Assembly (NCBI GenBank): GCA_964482135.1
Contig: CAYZWF010000006.1
Span: 4,438 to 68,437, forward strand
Direction of reading: 5' to 3'
Source of the DNA: an uncultured Rhodospirillaceae bacterium
GTDB lineage: Bacteria > Pseudomonadota > Alphaproteobacteria > UBA11136
Length of the DNA stretch: 64,000 bases
Numbering within the stretch: the stretch's first letter is position 1; each line of letters starts with the position of its first letter. The notes below the pieces were generated by a model. The model saw only the letters and a list, made by a program, of their open reading frames with translations, was not told the DNA's origin and did not search any database. A program made the position numbers and the translations under genes. Positions 17,866 through 29,272 of this stretch are shown here, piece after piece.

Positions 17866-18561
17866 GTGTCGCGCACGGTTCTTATAACGGGCGCCAGCCG
17901 GGGAGTCGGCCTCAGGCTGGCCGCCGAAATGGCCGCTCGCGGTGATGTGGTTTTTGGCTGCGGCCGGTCGAAAGCGCCTGCGGATATTTCCTTTCATTAT
18001 ACAGAGGCTGACGTCGGGGATGAAAAATCCGTGAAGGCGCTTTTTAGTGCATTGCGCAAGGAAGCGGACGGATTGGATGTTCTTATAAACAATGCCGGCC
18101 TCGCGGACGCTAAATCGCTTTTGCTCAGCCGAGCCGAAGATTTTTCCAGTATCTTCGCCGCCAATGTAACCGGCGCCGCCATCGTGTCGCGCGAAGCGGC
18201 TAAAATGATGAAGCGGCGCGGCGGGGCTATCATCAATGTTTCCTCCATCCATGTGCCCTTGGCGTCGGTGGGCAGCGGCGCTTACGGGGCTTCCAAGGCG
18301 GCGCTGGAACAGCTTTCCCGCGTCATGGCCCATGAACTGGCAAGCGATTCCATTTCGGTTAACAGCCTCGGACTTTCCTACGTCGAAGGGACCGGTATGG
18401 CGGAGGCACAGAGCGAAAAAGCAGTCGAGGCGGCCTCGGCCCGGCTCGCCCGGCCCGGTCAAATCACCGTCGACGAGGTTCTTCATGCGGTTGATTTCCT
18501 TTCTTCCCCGGCGGCTCGGAATATCACCGGTGAAACCCTTTATTTCGGCGGGCCCCTCTAG
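17866..18561 (+). CDS. Short-chain dehydrogenase/reductase (ketoreductase candidate)
   Basis: 'VLITGASRGVGL' Rossmann motif and 'YGASKAAL' catalytic Y-x3-K. A GTG start at 17866 was chosen just after the ACP stop; the track's ATG at 17797 overlaps the ACP. Confidence 0.7.
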   Translation: MSRTVLITGASRGVGLRLAAEMAARGDVVFGCGRSKAPADISFHYTEADVGDEKSVKALFSALRKEADGLDVLINNAGLADAKSLLLSRAEDFSSIFAANVTGAAIVSREAAKMMKRRGGAIINVSSIHVPLASVGSGAYGASKAALEQLSRVMAHELASDSISVNSLGLSYVEGTGMAEAQSEKAVEAASARLARPGQITVDEVLHAVDFLSSPAARNITGETLYFGGPL

Positions 18562-18577
18562 GTTCCGGTCAGGCACC

Positions 18578-19219
18578 GTGCAGAACAAGGTAAAGCAGAT
18601 CGTCAACGGCCCCTGGCAGCAGAATTGCTACCTGATCGGGGGTAAGGACGACGCCGCGCTTATTCTCGATCCGGGTAGCGACGCGCTATTGATTGAAAAA
18701 AGCATTGAGGATGCCGGCTTCAAACCCATCGCTATCATCAACACCCATGCCCATTACGATCATATTGGCGCGGTGGCGGCGCTGATGAAGCGCTATGCCA
18801 TTCCCTTTTATATGCACAGCAGCGACGCGGATATTCTGAAGCAGGCCAACGTCTATCGGCGGATTTTCGGCTGTTCGATTAAGGTCGAGGTGCCGGAGAT
18901 CACCCATGACCTCGCCACTCTTCCCGCGGAAATCGATATCGGACCCTTCCGGGTATCCTGGCTGGCGACACCGGGCCATACCCCGGGCAGCGTCACCTTT
19001 ACCATCGATGGCGATCTTTTTCCCGGCGACACGCTTTTTTGTGATTCCATCGGCCGCACCGACCTTCCGGGCGGTGACAGGGCGGTGCTCGCTCTGTCGT
19101 TGCGCCGAGTTACGGAACTGCCGCCGCATCTCATGTTGCGACCGGGTCACGGCCCGGCGGCGGTGCTTGGTGACATTATCGCATCCAACAAAACTCTGGC
19201 CGAGGCCATCGCCGCATGA
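18578..19219 (+). CDS. MBL-fold metallo-hydrolase (glyoxalase II/thioesterase-like)
   Basis: 'IINTHAHYDHIG' HxHxDH motif and 'TPGHTPGS'. GTG start at 18578; the long track ORF from 18236 overlaps the SDR gene. Confidence 0.7.
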   Translation: MQNKVKQIVNGPWQQNCYLIGGKDDAALILDPGSDALLIEKSIEDAGFKPIAIINTHAHYDHIGAVAALMKRYAIPFYMHSSDADILKQANVYRRIFGCSIKVEVPEITHDLATLPAEIDIGPFRVSWLATPGHTPGSVTFTIDGDLFPGDTLFCDSIGRTDLPGGDRAVLALSLRRVTELPPHLMLRPGHGPAAVLGDIIASNKTLAEAIAA

Positions 19220-20259
19220 CAGGTCGGGCTGTCGGTATTCTGGCCGTGGCGTCTCATCTGCCGGACAGGCGGGTGAGCAACGAAGAGCTTCAAAACGAAC
19301 ACCCGGACTGGGACATGGCGCAGCTGGCAGAGCGCACCGGTGTTTATGAACGCCCCATCGCGGCGGAAGGCAAAACTGCTTTCGACCTCGGCCTCGCCGC
19401 CTGCCGTAAGTTGATCGAAGCTGGCGATTTCGATCCAGCGGCCATCGGCGCGGTCATTTTCTGCACCCAGACCCCCGATTACATCATGCCGCCCAATGCC
19501 TGCTTGCTCCACGGGGCGCTGGACCTGTCACCGGACGTCCTCGCTTTCGATATCACGTTGGCCTGTTCGGGGTATGTCTACGGCCTGACGCTGGCCGAAA
19601 GCTTGATTGCCGCCGGCCGCGTCGAGAGCGTCCTCCTGGTCACCGCGGATACCTACAGCCACCTCATTCACTCCCAGGACCGGACAACACGGTGTCTTTT
19701 TGGCGACGGCGCGGCGGCGTCGCTCATCGGGCTGGTGGAAGACGGCGAAGGGATCGTTGACATCCGATGTGGCACGGCGGGGGCCTTGGGCGACCGTTTT
19801 ATGGTGCCGGCCGGTGGCGCAAGGTTGAAGAAAGGCCCCGCAACAGCCGAGCCGGAAGCCGACCGGTTCGGCAATGTCCGCACCGCCGAACACATCCACA
19901 TGAATGGCTTTGGCGTCCTCGCCTTTGCCAATGAATATATGCCGGGCACGGTCCGCGACATTCTCGACGCCAACGGACTCGGCGTCGATGATCTGGATAT
20001 GGTCATCTTCCATCAGGCGAGCCGCGTGGCGCTGGACAGCCTTTGCCGCCTGACCGGGGTCAGTTCGGATCGGGATTTCAGAAACCTGGACAATGTCGGC
20101 AATCTGGTTTCCGCCTCCATCCCCGTCGCCCTGGCCGACGCGGTATCCCAGGGTCGCCTCGCGCCGGGATCATTGATCTTGCTCTGCAGTTTTGGTGCTG
20201 GCTTGTCTTGGGGCAATGCGCTGATTCGCATCCCCGCCGCCTTGACCGTAAAAACGTGA
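19216..20259 (+). CDS. 3-oxoacyl-ACP synthase III (FabH-like KAS III)
   Basis: 347 aa. Active-site Cys context 'DITLACSGYVYGL'. C-terminal 'FHQAS' and 'GAGLSWG' motifs. Confidence 0.8.
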   Translation: MTGRAVGILAVASHLPDRRVSNEELQNEHPDWDMAQLAERTGVYERPIAAEGKTAFDLGLAACRKLIEAGDFDPAAIGAVIFCTQTPDYIMPPNACLLHGALDLSPDVLAFDITLACSGYVYGLTLAESLIAAGRVESVLLVTADTYSHLIHSQDRTTRCLFGDGAAASLIGLVEDGEGIVDIRCGTAGALGDRFMVPAGGARLKKGPATAEPEADRFGNVRTAEHIHMNGFGVLAFANEYMPGTVRDILDANGLGVDDLDMVIFHQASRVALDSLCRLTGVSSDRDFRNLDNVGNLVSASIPVALADAVSQGRLAPGSLILLCSFGAGLSWGNALIRIPAALTVKT

Positions 20260-21632
20260 GTAAGAAGGCTGTGAGTGAAATCACCTTCCTCTGTGATGCA
20301 CTTGCCAGCCGCCCCGGCGAGCCCGCCCTGATCTGGCGGGAGTCCGTCGTCACCACTGGCGACATTCTGGAATTGATAGAGGAGGCGGAAAGTCGGCTGG
20401 AAGCGGAAAGCATCAACCCCGGCGATGTGGTGCTGCTGGTGGCCGACTACTCCCCCCGGGCGGCGGCGTATCTTCTGGCCCTGATCAAGCGCCGCGCTAT
20501 TACCGTGCCCTTGACGCCGGGTGTTCTCGCTCGCTCGTCCAGGTATCTTGAAATCGCCGAACCCACCCGAGCAGTCCGTATTTCGGAAGACGACGCCGTC
20601 ACCGTGGAGATTCTTGCGTCCAGCGGTAAGGAAAACAATCTTTACGGTTGCTTGCGCTCCGATGACCGTCCCGGGCTGGTGCTCTTTACCTCCGGCTCGA
20701 CAGGTGAGCCCAAGGGTGTGGTCCACGATTTTTCCCGGCTTCTGGAAAAATTCAAACGGCCCCGCCCGACCATGAGCATGGTTGCTTTTCTGATGTTCGA
20801 TCATTGGGGTGGCCTCAACACTCTACTGCACGGATTTTCAAGCGGCAGCCTGATGGCCTTTCCCGGCGATCGCCAGCCTCATCACGTCTGCGGCCTGATC
20901 GAAAGGCACCGGTTGGAACTTCTCCCCGCCTCGCCGACCTTCCTCAACCTTCTGATTATGAGCGGCGCCCACCGGGAATCCGACCTTTCCAGCCTCAAAC
21001 TCATTACCTACGGCGCGGAACCAATGCCGCCGGCGACATTGGAAGCGGTGCGCCGCGAGTTACCCGAGGTGGAAATGCGCCAGACCTACGGCCTGATTGA
21101 GCTCGGCGTCATGCGGTCGAAATCAAAGTCCAGTGATTCGCTCTGGGTGAAGATCGGCGGTGACGGATACGAGACTCGGATCAAAGGCGGTCTTTTGGAG
21201 ATCAAGGCCGACGCCGCCATGCTTGGCTACCTCAACGCCCCCAGCCCCTTTACCGATGATGGCTGGTTCATGACCGGTGACGCCGTGGAAACCAAGGACG
21301 GCTTTTATCGCATCCTCGGGCGCGCCAGCGAACTCATCAATGTCGGCGGCCAGAAGGTTTACCCGGCGGAGGTGGAAACGGTCCTGCTTGAATGTGCGGC
21401 GGTGAAAGATGCGGTGGTCTACGGCGAACGCAATCCCATCACCGGTAAAATCGTCTGCGCCGATGTGGTGCCCGTCACGCCCGGCGACACGGCGGAACTA
21501 CGCCGGACCATCAAACGCCATTGCCAGGAAAACATGGAAAGTTTCAAGGTGCCGGTCCGTATCAACATTAAGGAAGGTGTCGTCTACGGCGACCGGTTGA
21601 AGCGCAAAAGGCCGGTGGAAAGCAAAACCTAG
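20256..21632 (+). CDS. AMP-dependent synthetase/ligase (acyl-ACP or acyl/aminoacyl-carrier ligase)
   Basis: 'LFTSGSTGEPKGV' AMP-binding motif, 'YGLIE' and 'GWFMTGD'. GTG start at 20256 just after the KAS III stop; the track ORF from 20043 overlaps KAS III. Confidence 0.75.
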   Translation: MSKKAVSEITFLCDALASRPGEPALIWRESVVTTGDILELIEEAESRLEAESINPGDVVLLVADYSPRAAAYLLALIKRRAITVPLTPGVLARSSRYLEIAEPTRAVRISEDDAVTVEILASSGKENNLYGCLRSDDRPGLVLFTSGSTGEPKGVVHDFSRLLEKFKRPRPTMSMVAFLMFDHWGGLNTLLHGFSSGSLMAFPGDRQPHHVCGLIERHRLELLPASPTFLNLLIMSGAHRESDLSSLKLITYGAEPMPPATLEAVRRELPEVEMRQTYGLIELGVMRSKSKSSDSLWVKIGGDGYETRIKGGLLEIKADAAMLGYLNAPSPFTDDGWFMTGDAVETKDGFYRILGRASELINVGGQKVYPAEVETVLLECAAVKDAVVYGERNPITGKIVCADVVPVTPGDTAELRRTIKRHCQENMESFKVPVRINIKEGVVYGDRLKRKRPVESKT

Positions 21633-21662
21633 CCCGCAACTTTAATATGTTGCGGGCTTTTT
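21632..21662. terminator. Bidirectional intrinsic terminator between the convergent ligase and carbamoyltransferase genes
   Basis: The hairpin 'gcccgcaac-tttaatat-gttgcgggc' is followed by 'ttttt'. Confidence 0.6.
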
Positions 21663-21677
21663 GCCGCCTGACCGGTC

Positions 21678-23381
21678 CTATCTCAGCGATACGCGTTGCG
21701 ATTCCACATACAACGCATCAATTGTTCCGGTTAATAAAATTTTTAATGCGTCGTCTACGGCACAGATTATCGGTTCCTCATGAGTATTGAAGGATGTGTT
21801 GATCAACGCATATTCGCCGGTTTTTTCGAACCATTGACTGACCACAGCCCACATGAAGGGATCGTTGTCTTTTCTAATGACATGGGGACGCGCAGTGCCA
21901 TCAACATGAGTTACCGCGGAACACTTGCTGGAGAATTCATCCGTACAATTTACGGTAGATGTCATGAAATTAAATGTTATGTCGGATTCCAGAAACCCTA
22001 TGAAGGCCTTTTTGGCCAGTTCAGTGGTGGTAACGGGAGCAAAAGGCATGAACTCCGTTCTGTGCAATCGCTCGTTAAGCAATTTGTTGCAGGATTGGTC
22101 TGACGTTTTATAAAGAATTGATCTATTGCACAGCGCCCGGGGGCCGAATTCCATCCTTCCTCGAACGAGTCCGACAACCTTGCCAGAGATCAGGTCTTCA
22201 ACCAATTCGCCAACGGTGTTTTCAGGCTGTTCAACCGTTATTTTTTGTAGGACGTCATCTGGCTGTTTGTTGATCTCATCCACGTCTATGGACGGCCCGA
22301 GATATACATGGGTCATGGGAGAGATTTTCAATCCCGCCGAATGTTGAGCATAAGCGGCAGCGCCAAGACAAAGGCCACCGTCACCCATTTGTGGCTGTAT
22401 AAACATCTGTTTTATGTGTGGCAGTTCTTTCAGGGTTTGATTGGCTTTAACATTGCCGAAAATACCGCCCGCGCATACTAGTGGAATGTCCTTGAGCTCA
22501 TATTTTTCACAGACGTGAACGACGATTTTACAGAGCAAATCTTCCAGGTGTTGTTGGGCCGCCGCGGCAATATCCTCTCTTGAATAGCGCGAGATCTCTT
22601 TTTGTAGGGCATCACTGTAGTTCGTATAAAAAGGCCGATATAAGTCACCAAGTTTGGCTTTCAGTTCTCCATCTTCGAAATCGATCATCCCCTGCATGAG
22701 TCCGATGGCATTCTTGGGGTCTCCATGAGCCGCCAGTCCCGTTATTTTTCCCTCATGCCGGCAGGGTTTGAACCCCAGCAGGCCAGTAATGCGCCCATAA
22801 AAAAAGCCCAGACTGTCCGAAGATGTGGAAGCGTATATTTTACGCATAACCGGCTCAGAGGCCGTGTCATAAAGCCAACACGTTAATGACTCGTAATCAC
22901 CCCTTGCATCCGCCGTTAAGACGAGAGCCCTCTGATAAGGGCTCAACAAACAGGCGCTGTAGGCATGTGCCTCATGATGGAAACATGTAATGAGGGGGGG
23001 GTGTCCCTGGGCGGGAAAATGTTCATCGAACCAACCCTTAAATTCATTTTTATTGGCTTCGTCTCTTTCTGTTTCGATGCGTATTCTTTCTGAAAAAATA
23101 TCAAGTGCAGTTTTATCTTCTTCAGCCAACTCAACAGCACGCGCTGCGTAAATCGGAAGCAGCTCTTCCTGGAAGTCTTTCCCCCAGGCATATGCCACCT
23201 GATCGATATCTGTAAGATTTACTCCAGCCTCTCTGAGCACGTATTCAATCGAACGAATGGGAAAGGATTCGTCCATTTTTATTCTAGAAAATCGTTCTTC
23301 GCTCGCAGCGGCTATCAACTCACCATCTTTGAAGCAGCAGGCAGAGGCGGTTTCTGCATTACAGATACCTAATGTTATCAC
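21678..23381 (-). CDS. NodU/CmcH-family carbamoyltransferase
   Basis: N-terminus 'ILGICNAETASACCFKDGELIAAASEERFSRIK' (carbamoyltransferase N domain). C-terminal transferase domain 'VNTSFNTHEEPI'. About 45% GC. The start was moved to the GTG at 23381 (or the TTG at 23396), because the track's start at 23468 overlaps the tRNA. Confidence 0.75.
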   Translation of the reverse strand: MITLGICNAETASACCFKDGELIAAASEERFSRIKMDESFPIRSIEYVLREAGVNLTDIDQVAYAWGKDFQEELLPIYAARAVELAEEDKTALDIFSERIRIETERDEANKNEFKGWFDEHFPAQGHPPLITCFHHEAHAYSACLLSPYQRALVLTADARGDYESLTCWLYDTASEPVMRKIYASTSSDSLGFFYGRITGLLGFKPCRHEGKITGLAAHGDPKNAIGLMQGMIDFEDGELKAKLGDLYRPFYTNYSDALQKEISRYSREDIAAAAQQHLEDLLCKIVVHVCEKYELKDIPLVCAGGIFGNVKANQTLKELPHIKQMFIQPQMGDGGLCLGAAAYAQHSAGLKISPMTHVYLGPSIDVDEINKQPDDVLQKITVEQPENTVGELVEDLISGKVVGLVRGRMEFGPRALCNRSILYKTSDQSCNKLLNERLHRTEFMPFAPVTTTELAKKAFIGFLESDITFNFMTSTVNCTDEFSSKCSAVTHVDGTARPHVIRKDNDPFMWAVVSQWFEKTGEYALINTSFNTHEEPIICAVDDALKILLTGTIDALYVESQRVSLR

Positions 23382-23421
23382 CTGAAAAACCCTCAATCGT
23401 TGATTGTCGATATTTGATAAA

Positions 23422-23511
23422 TGGCGGTGGGGGTGGGATTCGAACCCACGGTACCCGCAAGGGCACAACGGTTTTCGAGACCGCCCCGTTCAACCACTCC
23501 GGCACCCCACC
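23422..23511 (-). tRNA. tRNA-Ser (anticodon CGA)
   Basis: The reverse complement gives GGTGGGG…GGTCTCGAAAACC…GTGGGTTCGAATCCCACCCCCACCGCCA. It has a 7-bp acceptor stem, a long variable arm, a T-loop GGTTCGAATCC and 3' CCA. Length 90 nt. Confidence 0.85.
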
Positions 23512-23607
23512 GACGGTTTTTCCGCTTGCGTAGCGGGGTAATTATACCCCGGTTGCGGCGGCGACCCTAGCCCAAGGCGCACCCCCTCGCAAGACCCCCA
23601 AAAAGCG

Positions 23608-23635
23608 TTGACAAGGGCGGGGTCCGGGGTATAGT
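23608..23635 (+). promoter_or_regulatory. Sigma-70-type promoter upstream of rplU
   Basis: TTGACA, a 16-nt spacer, then TATAGT, about 80 nt upstream of the rplU start. Palindromic leader hairpins follow it. Confidence 0.5.
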
Positions 23636-23712
23636 GCGGCCCGCGTTCGTGCGGGGAAATACCCGCATGCGGGCGTCTCAGTAATTTTTTATTTTTCTGG
23701 AAATTCAGAACC

Positions 23713-24282
23713 ATGTTTGCAGTCATCCGCACCGGCGGAAAACAGTACAGGGTTGCCAAAGACGACATCATCTCCGTGGAGAAACTCGACGGTGGTGAAG
23801 GTGCGTCCGTGACCCTTGATCAGGTGCTCATGATTGGCAGCGGTAAAAACGCCACCATAGGCGCCCCCCTGGTGGCTGGCGCCTCGGTCACGGCAACCGT
23901 GCTTGAACAGGCCCGCGCCGACAAGATCGTCGTCTTCAAGAAGAAACGCCGCAAGGATTACCGCCGCAAGGCCGGCCACCGCCAGAACCTGACGGTTCTG
24001 CGCATCAACGATATCCTCGCCACCGGCGCCAAGGCCGCGCCCAAGAAGGCAGCAGCCGAGAAACCTGCTGCCAAGAAGGCGGATACCAAGAAAACGCCTG
24101 AAAAGAAGACCCCGGCCAAAAAGATAGAAGCTAAAAAGACTGAGGCCAAGAAAGCCGAAGCCAAGAAACCTGCGGCCAAAAAGGAAGAGTCTAAAAAACC
24201 CGCGGCCAAGGCGAAGCCCGCCACGAAAAAGACGCCCGCGAAGAAACCCACGGCCAAGAAAACTCCCAAGAAGGAGAAATAG
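23713..24282 (+). CDS. rplU: 50S ribosomal protein L21 with a Lys/Ala/Pro-rich C-terminal extension
   Basis: '[14 protein letters not shown]' L21 core of about 105 aa. It is followed by an ~85-aa KKxAAKK-type repeat tail. Confidence 0.9.
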   Translation: MFAVIRTGGKQYRVAKDDIISVEKLDGGEGASVTLDQVLMIGSGKNATIGAPLVAGASVTATVLEQARADKIVVFKKKRRKDYRRKAGHRQNLTVLRINDILATGAKAAPKKAAAEKPAAKKADTKKTPEKKTPAKKIEAKKTEAKKAEAKKPAAKKEESKKPAAKAKPATKKTPAKKPTAKKTPKKEK

Positions 24283-24284
24283 TT

Positions 24285-26822
<2,538 letters not shown>

Positions 26823-26826
<4 letters not shown>

Positions 26827-28121
26827 TGGAAGGGAAGGCCGGACAAGTGAAAGACAAAACGGACGAAGATATTGCCGCCGTCATGCGATCTCTGGGCGAG
26901 GCCGCCCGGGGCGCGGCTTCGGCTCTGGCGGTGGCGTCTGCCGACATGAAGAACGCGGCTCTTGTGGCTGCCGCCGCGGCCATCCGCGCTCACGGGGCTG
27001 AGATTCTCACCGCCAACGGCAAGGACATGGATGCGGCGCAGGAGCGCGACCTCTCGGTGGCCCTTCTTGACCGGCTTGAACTCGATGATGCCCGCGTCGA
27101 GGGTATGGCCAAGGGTCTTGAGGAAGTGGCGGTGCTGCCCGATCCGGTGGGTGCCGTCATGGCCCAATGGTCGCGCCCCAACGGGCTTGATATCTCCCGC
27201 GTGCGGGTGCCGCTGGGGGTTATCGGGATCATCTACGAATCGCGGCCCAACGTCACCGCGGACGCCGGAGGCCTCTGCCTGAAGTCGGGTAATGCGGCGA
27301 TTTTGCGCGGCGGTTCGGAAAGTTTCCATTCCTCCACCGCCATCGCCGATTGTCTGGCGGAAGGGCTGGAACAGGCGGGCCTGCCCAAGGGCTGTATCCA
27401 GCTGGTGCCCACCCGTGACCGCGCCGCCGTGGGTGAAATGCTGACCATGACCGATTGCATCGATGTCATCATCCCTCGGGGCGGGCGCTCGCTCATCGAA
27501 CGGGTGAGCGCGGAAAGCCGGGTGCCCGTGATCAAGCATCTCGACGGCAACTGTCACGTCTATGTGCATGCGGGCGCCGATCTCGATATGGCACGCAAGG
27601 TGGTGCTCAACGCCAAGATGCGCCGCACCGGCATATGCGGCGCGGCGGAAACCCTGCTTATTGACGAGGCGGTCCTGGAAAGCCATCTGCCGCCCATCCT
27701 TGAGGATCTGGCGGGCGCCGGATGCGAGGTGCGGGGCGACGAAAAGGCGGCGGCCCTGGACGAGCGCATTCGCCCCGCCACCGAGGCCGACTGGGATACG
27801 GAATATCTCGACGCCATTATCGCGGTGCGCGTGGTGAGCGACGTGGCCCAGGCCATCGCCCATATCGACCGCCACGGATCGCACCACACCGATTCCATCA
27901 TCACCGAGGACGCGGCCGCCGCGGCGCTGTTCCTGGGCGAAGTGGACAGCGGCATCGTCATGCACAACGTTTCCACCCAGTTCGCCGATGGCGGCGAATT
28001 CGGCATGGGCGCGGAAATCGGTATTTCCACCGGCAAGCTCCACGCCCGCGGCCCGGTGGGGGCGGAACAGCTCACCAGCTATAAATACATGGTCCGGGGC
28101 ACCGGCCAGGCGCGGCCCTGA
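26823..28121 (+). CDS. proA: Gamma-glutamyl phosphate reductase
   Basis: 432 aa aldehyde-dehydrogenase fold with '[10 protein letters not shown]'. Its start overlaps the proB stop. Confidence 0.9.
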
Positions 28122-28132
28122 CCACCGTTGCC

Positions 28133-28744
28133 ATGGGCAATGTGTCGCCGCGTGCTTCGGGAGTTTCCATGTTCGCCAAGCCGCGAATCGGTCTCTTGGG
28201 GGGCTCCTTCAATCCCGCCCATGAAGGCCATCTGCATATCAGCCTCATGGCCCTGCAGCGGCTGGGCCTCGACGAGGTGTGGTGGCTGGTGTCGCCTTCC
28301 AATCCGCTGAAGGAGGCACGCGATCTGGCGTCCTATGACTCACGCCTGGAGGGCGCACGGGCCATGGCGCGCCATCCCCGCATCAAGGTATCGGATTTCG
28401 AGGCCCGGGCCGGAACCCGCTATACCATCCATACCCTGCGCTCGCTCATGCGCCGTTTTGGCGGGGTGCGTTTCGTATGGATCGCCGGCACCGATATTCT
28501 GACACAGATGCCGCTGTGGCGGGACTGGGAAGCCATTTTCCGGACCGTGCCCATTGCGATCTTTGACCGCCCCACCTATTCTTTAAAGGCGTTGTCGGGC
28601 GTGGCCGCGCAACGTTTCGGCAGGCATCGCCTGTCGCTGCGCCATGCCGCAAAGCTCGCGGAACAGACACCGCCGGCCTGGACCTTTATCCATGGCCGGT
28701 GTAACCCCGCCTCCGCCACAAAGCTGCGGGAAGGCGGAGCATAG
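28133..28744 (+). CDS. nadD: Nicotinate-nucleotide adenylyltransferase
   Basis: 'IGLLGGSFNPAHEGH' HxGH motif. An alternative start at M13 (28169) is possible. Confidence 0.85.
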   Translation: MGNVSPRASGVSMFAKPRIGLLGGSFNPAHEGHLHISLMALQRLGLDEVWWLVSPSNPLKEARDLASYDSRLEGARAMARHPRIKVSDFEARAGTRYTIHTLRSLMRRFGGVRFVWIAGTDILTQMPLWRDWEAIFRTVPIAIFDRPTYSLKALSGVAAQRFGRHRLSLRHAAKLAEQTPPAWTFIHGRCNPASATKLREGGA

Positions 28745-28884
28745 GGGAAAAACAGAGAAAGGAAACGACTTGCAGCAACGAAGAGGACATAGCCATAACC
28801 AACTCTAAAAAGAAGCAAGCCCCAGAGAAGAAGCCAGAGAAGAAGCAGACCCCAGAGAAGAGGCAGACCCCAGACTCATCGCAA

Positions 28885-29244
28885 TTGCTTGAACTGGTTG
28901 AAACCACACTCGATGACGACAAGGCCCAGGATATTGTGGTCATTGATCTTGCCGGCAAGACGAGCCTGGCCGATTTCATGGTTGTCGCTTGCGGCACTTC
29001 CACCCGGCATGTGGCCGGGATGGCCGCAAAAATGCAGGAAAAGCTCAAAAACGCCGGCTGCGGAAAGGTGCCCGTGGAAGGTCTGCCCCAGGCCGACTGG
29101 GTTCTCATAGATGCCGGCGATGTCATTATTCATCTCTTCCGGCCGGAAGTCCGGGCATTCTACAATCTGGAAAAAATGTGGAGTGAATTGGCGCTCGGTG
29201 AGGAGTCGCCCTTCGCCGATGGAGACGGCCAGGCTGCGGGGTAG
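28885..29244 (+). CDS. rsfS: Ribosomal silencing factor RsfS (Iojap family)
   Basis: 'DDKAQDIVVIDLAGKTSLADFMVVACGTS…IHLFRPEVRAFYNLEKMW'. The start is TTG. Confidence 0.85.
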   Translation: MLELVETTLDDDKAQDIVVIDLAGKTSLADFMVVACGTSTRHVAGMAAKMQEKLKNAGCGKVPVEGLPQADWVLIDAGDVIIHLFRPEVRAFYNLEKMWSELALGEESPFADGDGQAAG

Positions 29245-29272
29245 AGCGGGTCAAAAAGGGAGATGTGCCGAG

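Noticed and set aside
18236-18577. Long N-terminal extension of the MBL-hydrolase ORF. Similar extensions precede the ligase ORF (20043-20255), proB (25477-25674) and the B12-radical SAM ORF (34429-34530).
   Set aside because: The extensions overlap the preceding genes in another frame, are Arg/Pro-rich, and the conserved domains start at downstream GTG/ATG codons adjacent to the previous stop.
23382-23468. N-terminal 29 codons of the carbamoyltransferase ORF as drawn in the track.
   Set aside because: This stretch overlaps the tRNA-Ser gene on the same strand, and the conserved carbamoyltransferase N-terminus begins at 'VITLGI'. The start was moved to the GTG at 23381 (or the TTG at 23396).
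14900-23520. Classical integrative genomic island at tRNA-Ser, with an integrase and an attL/attR direct repeat of the tRNA 3' end.
   Set aside because: No integrase or recombinase gene lies in the interval. No copy of the tRNA 3' end ('ttcgaacccac…') was found at the distal border. The region is therefore called a mosaic island, with no claim of a mobile element.
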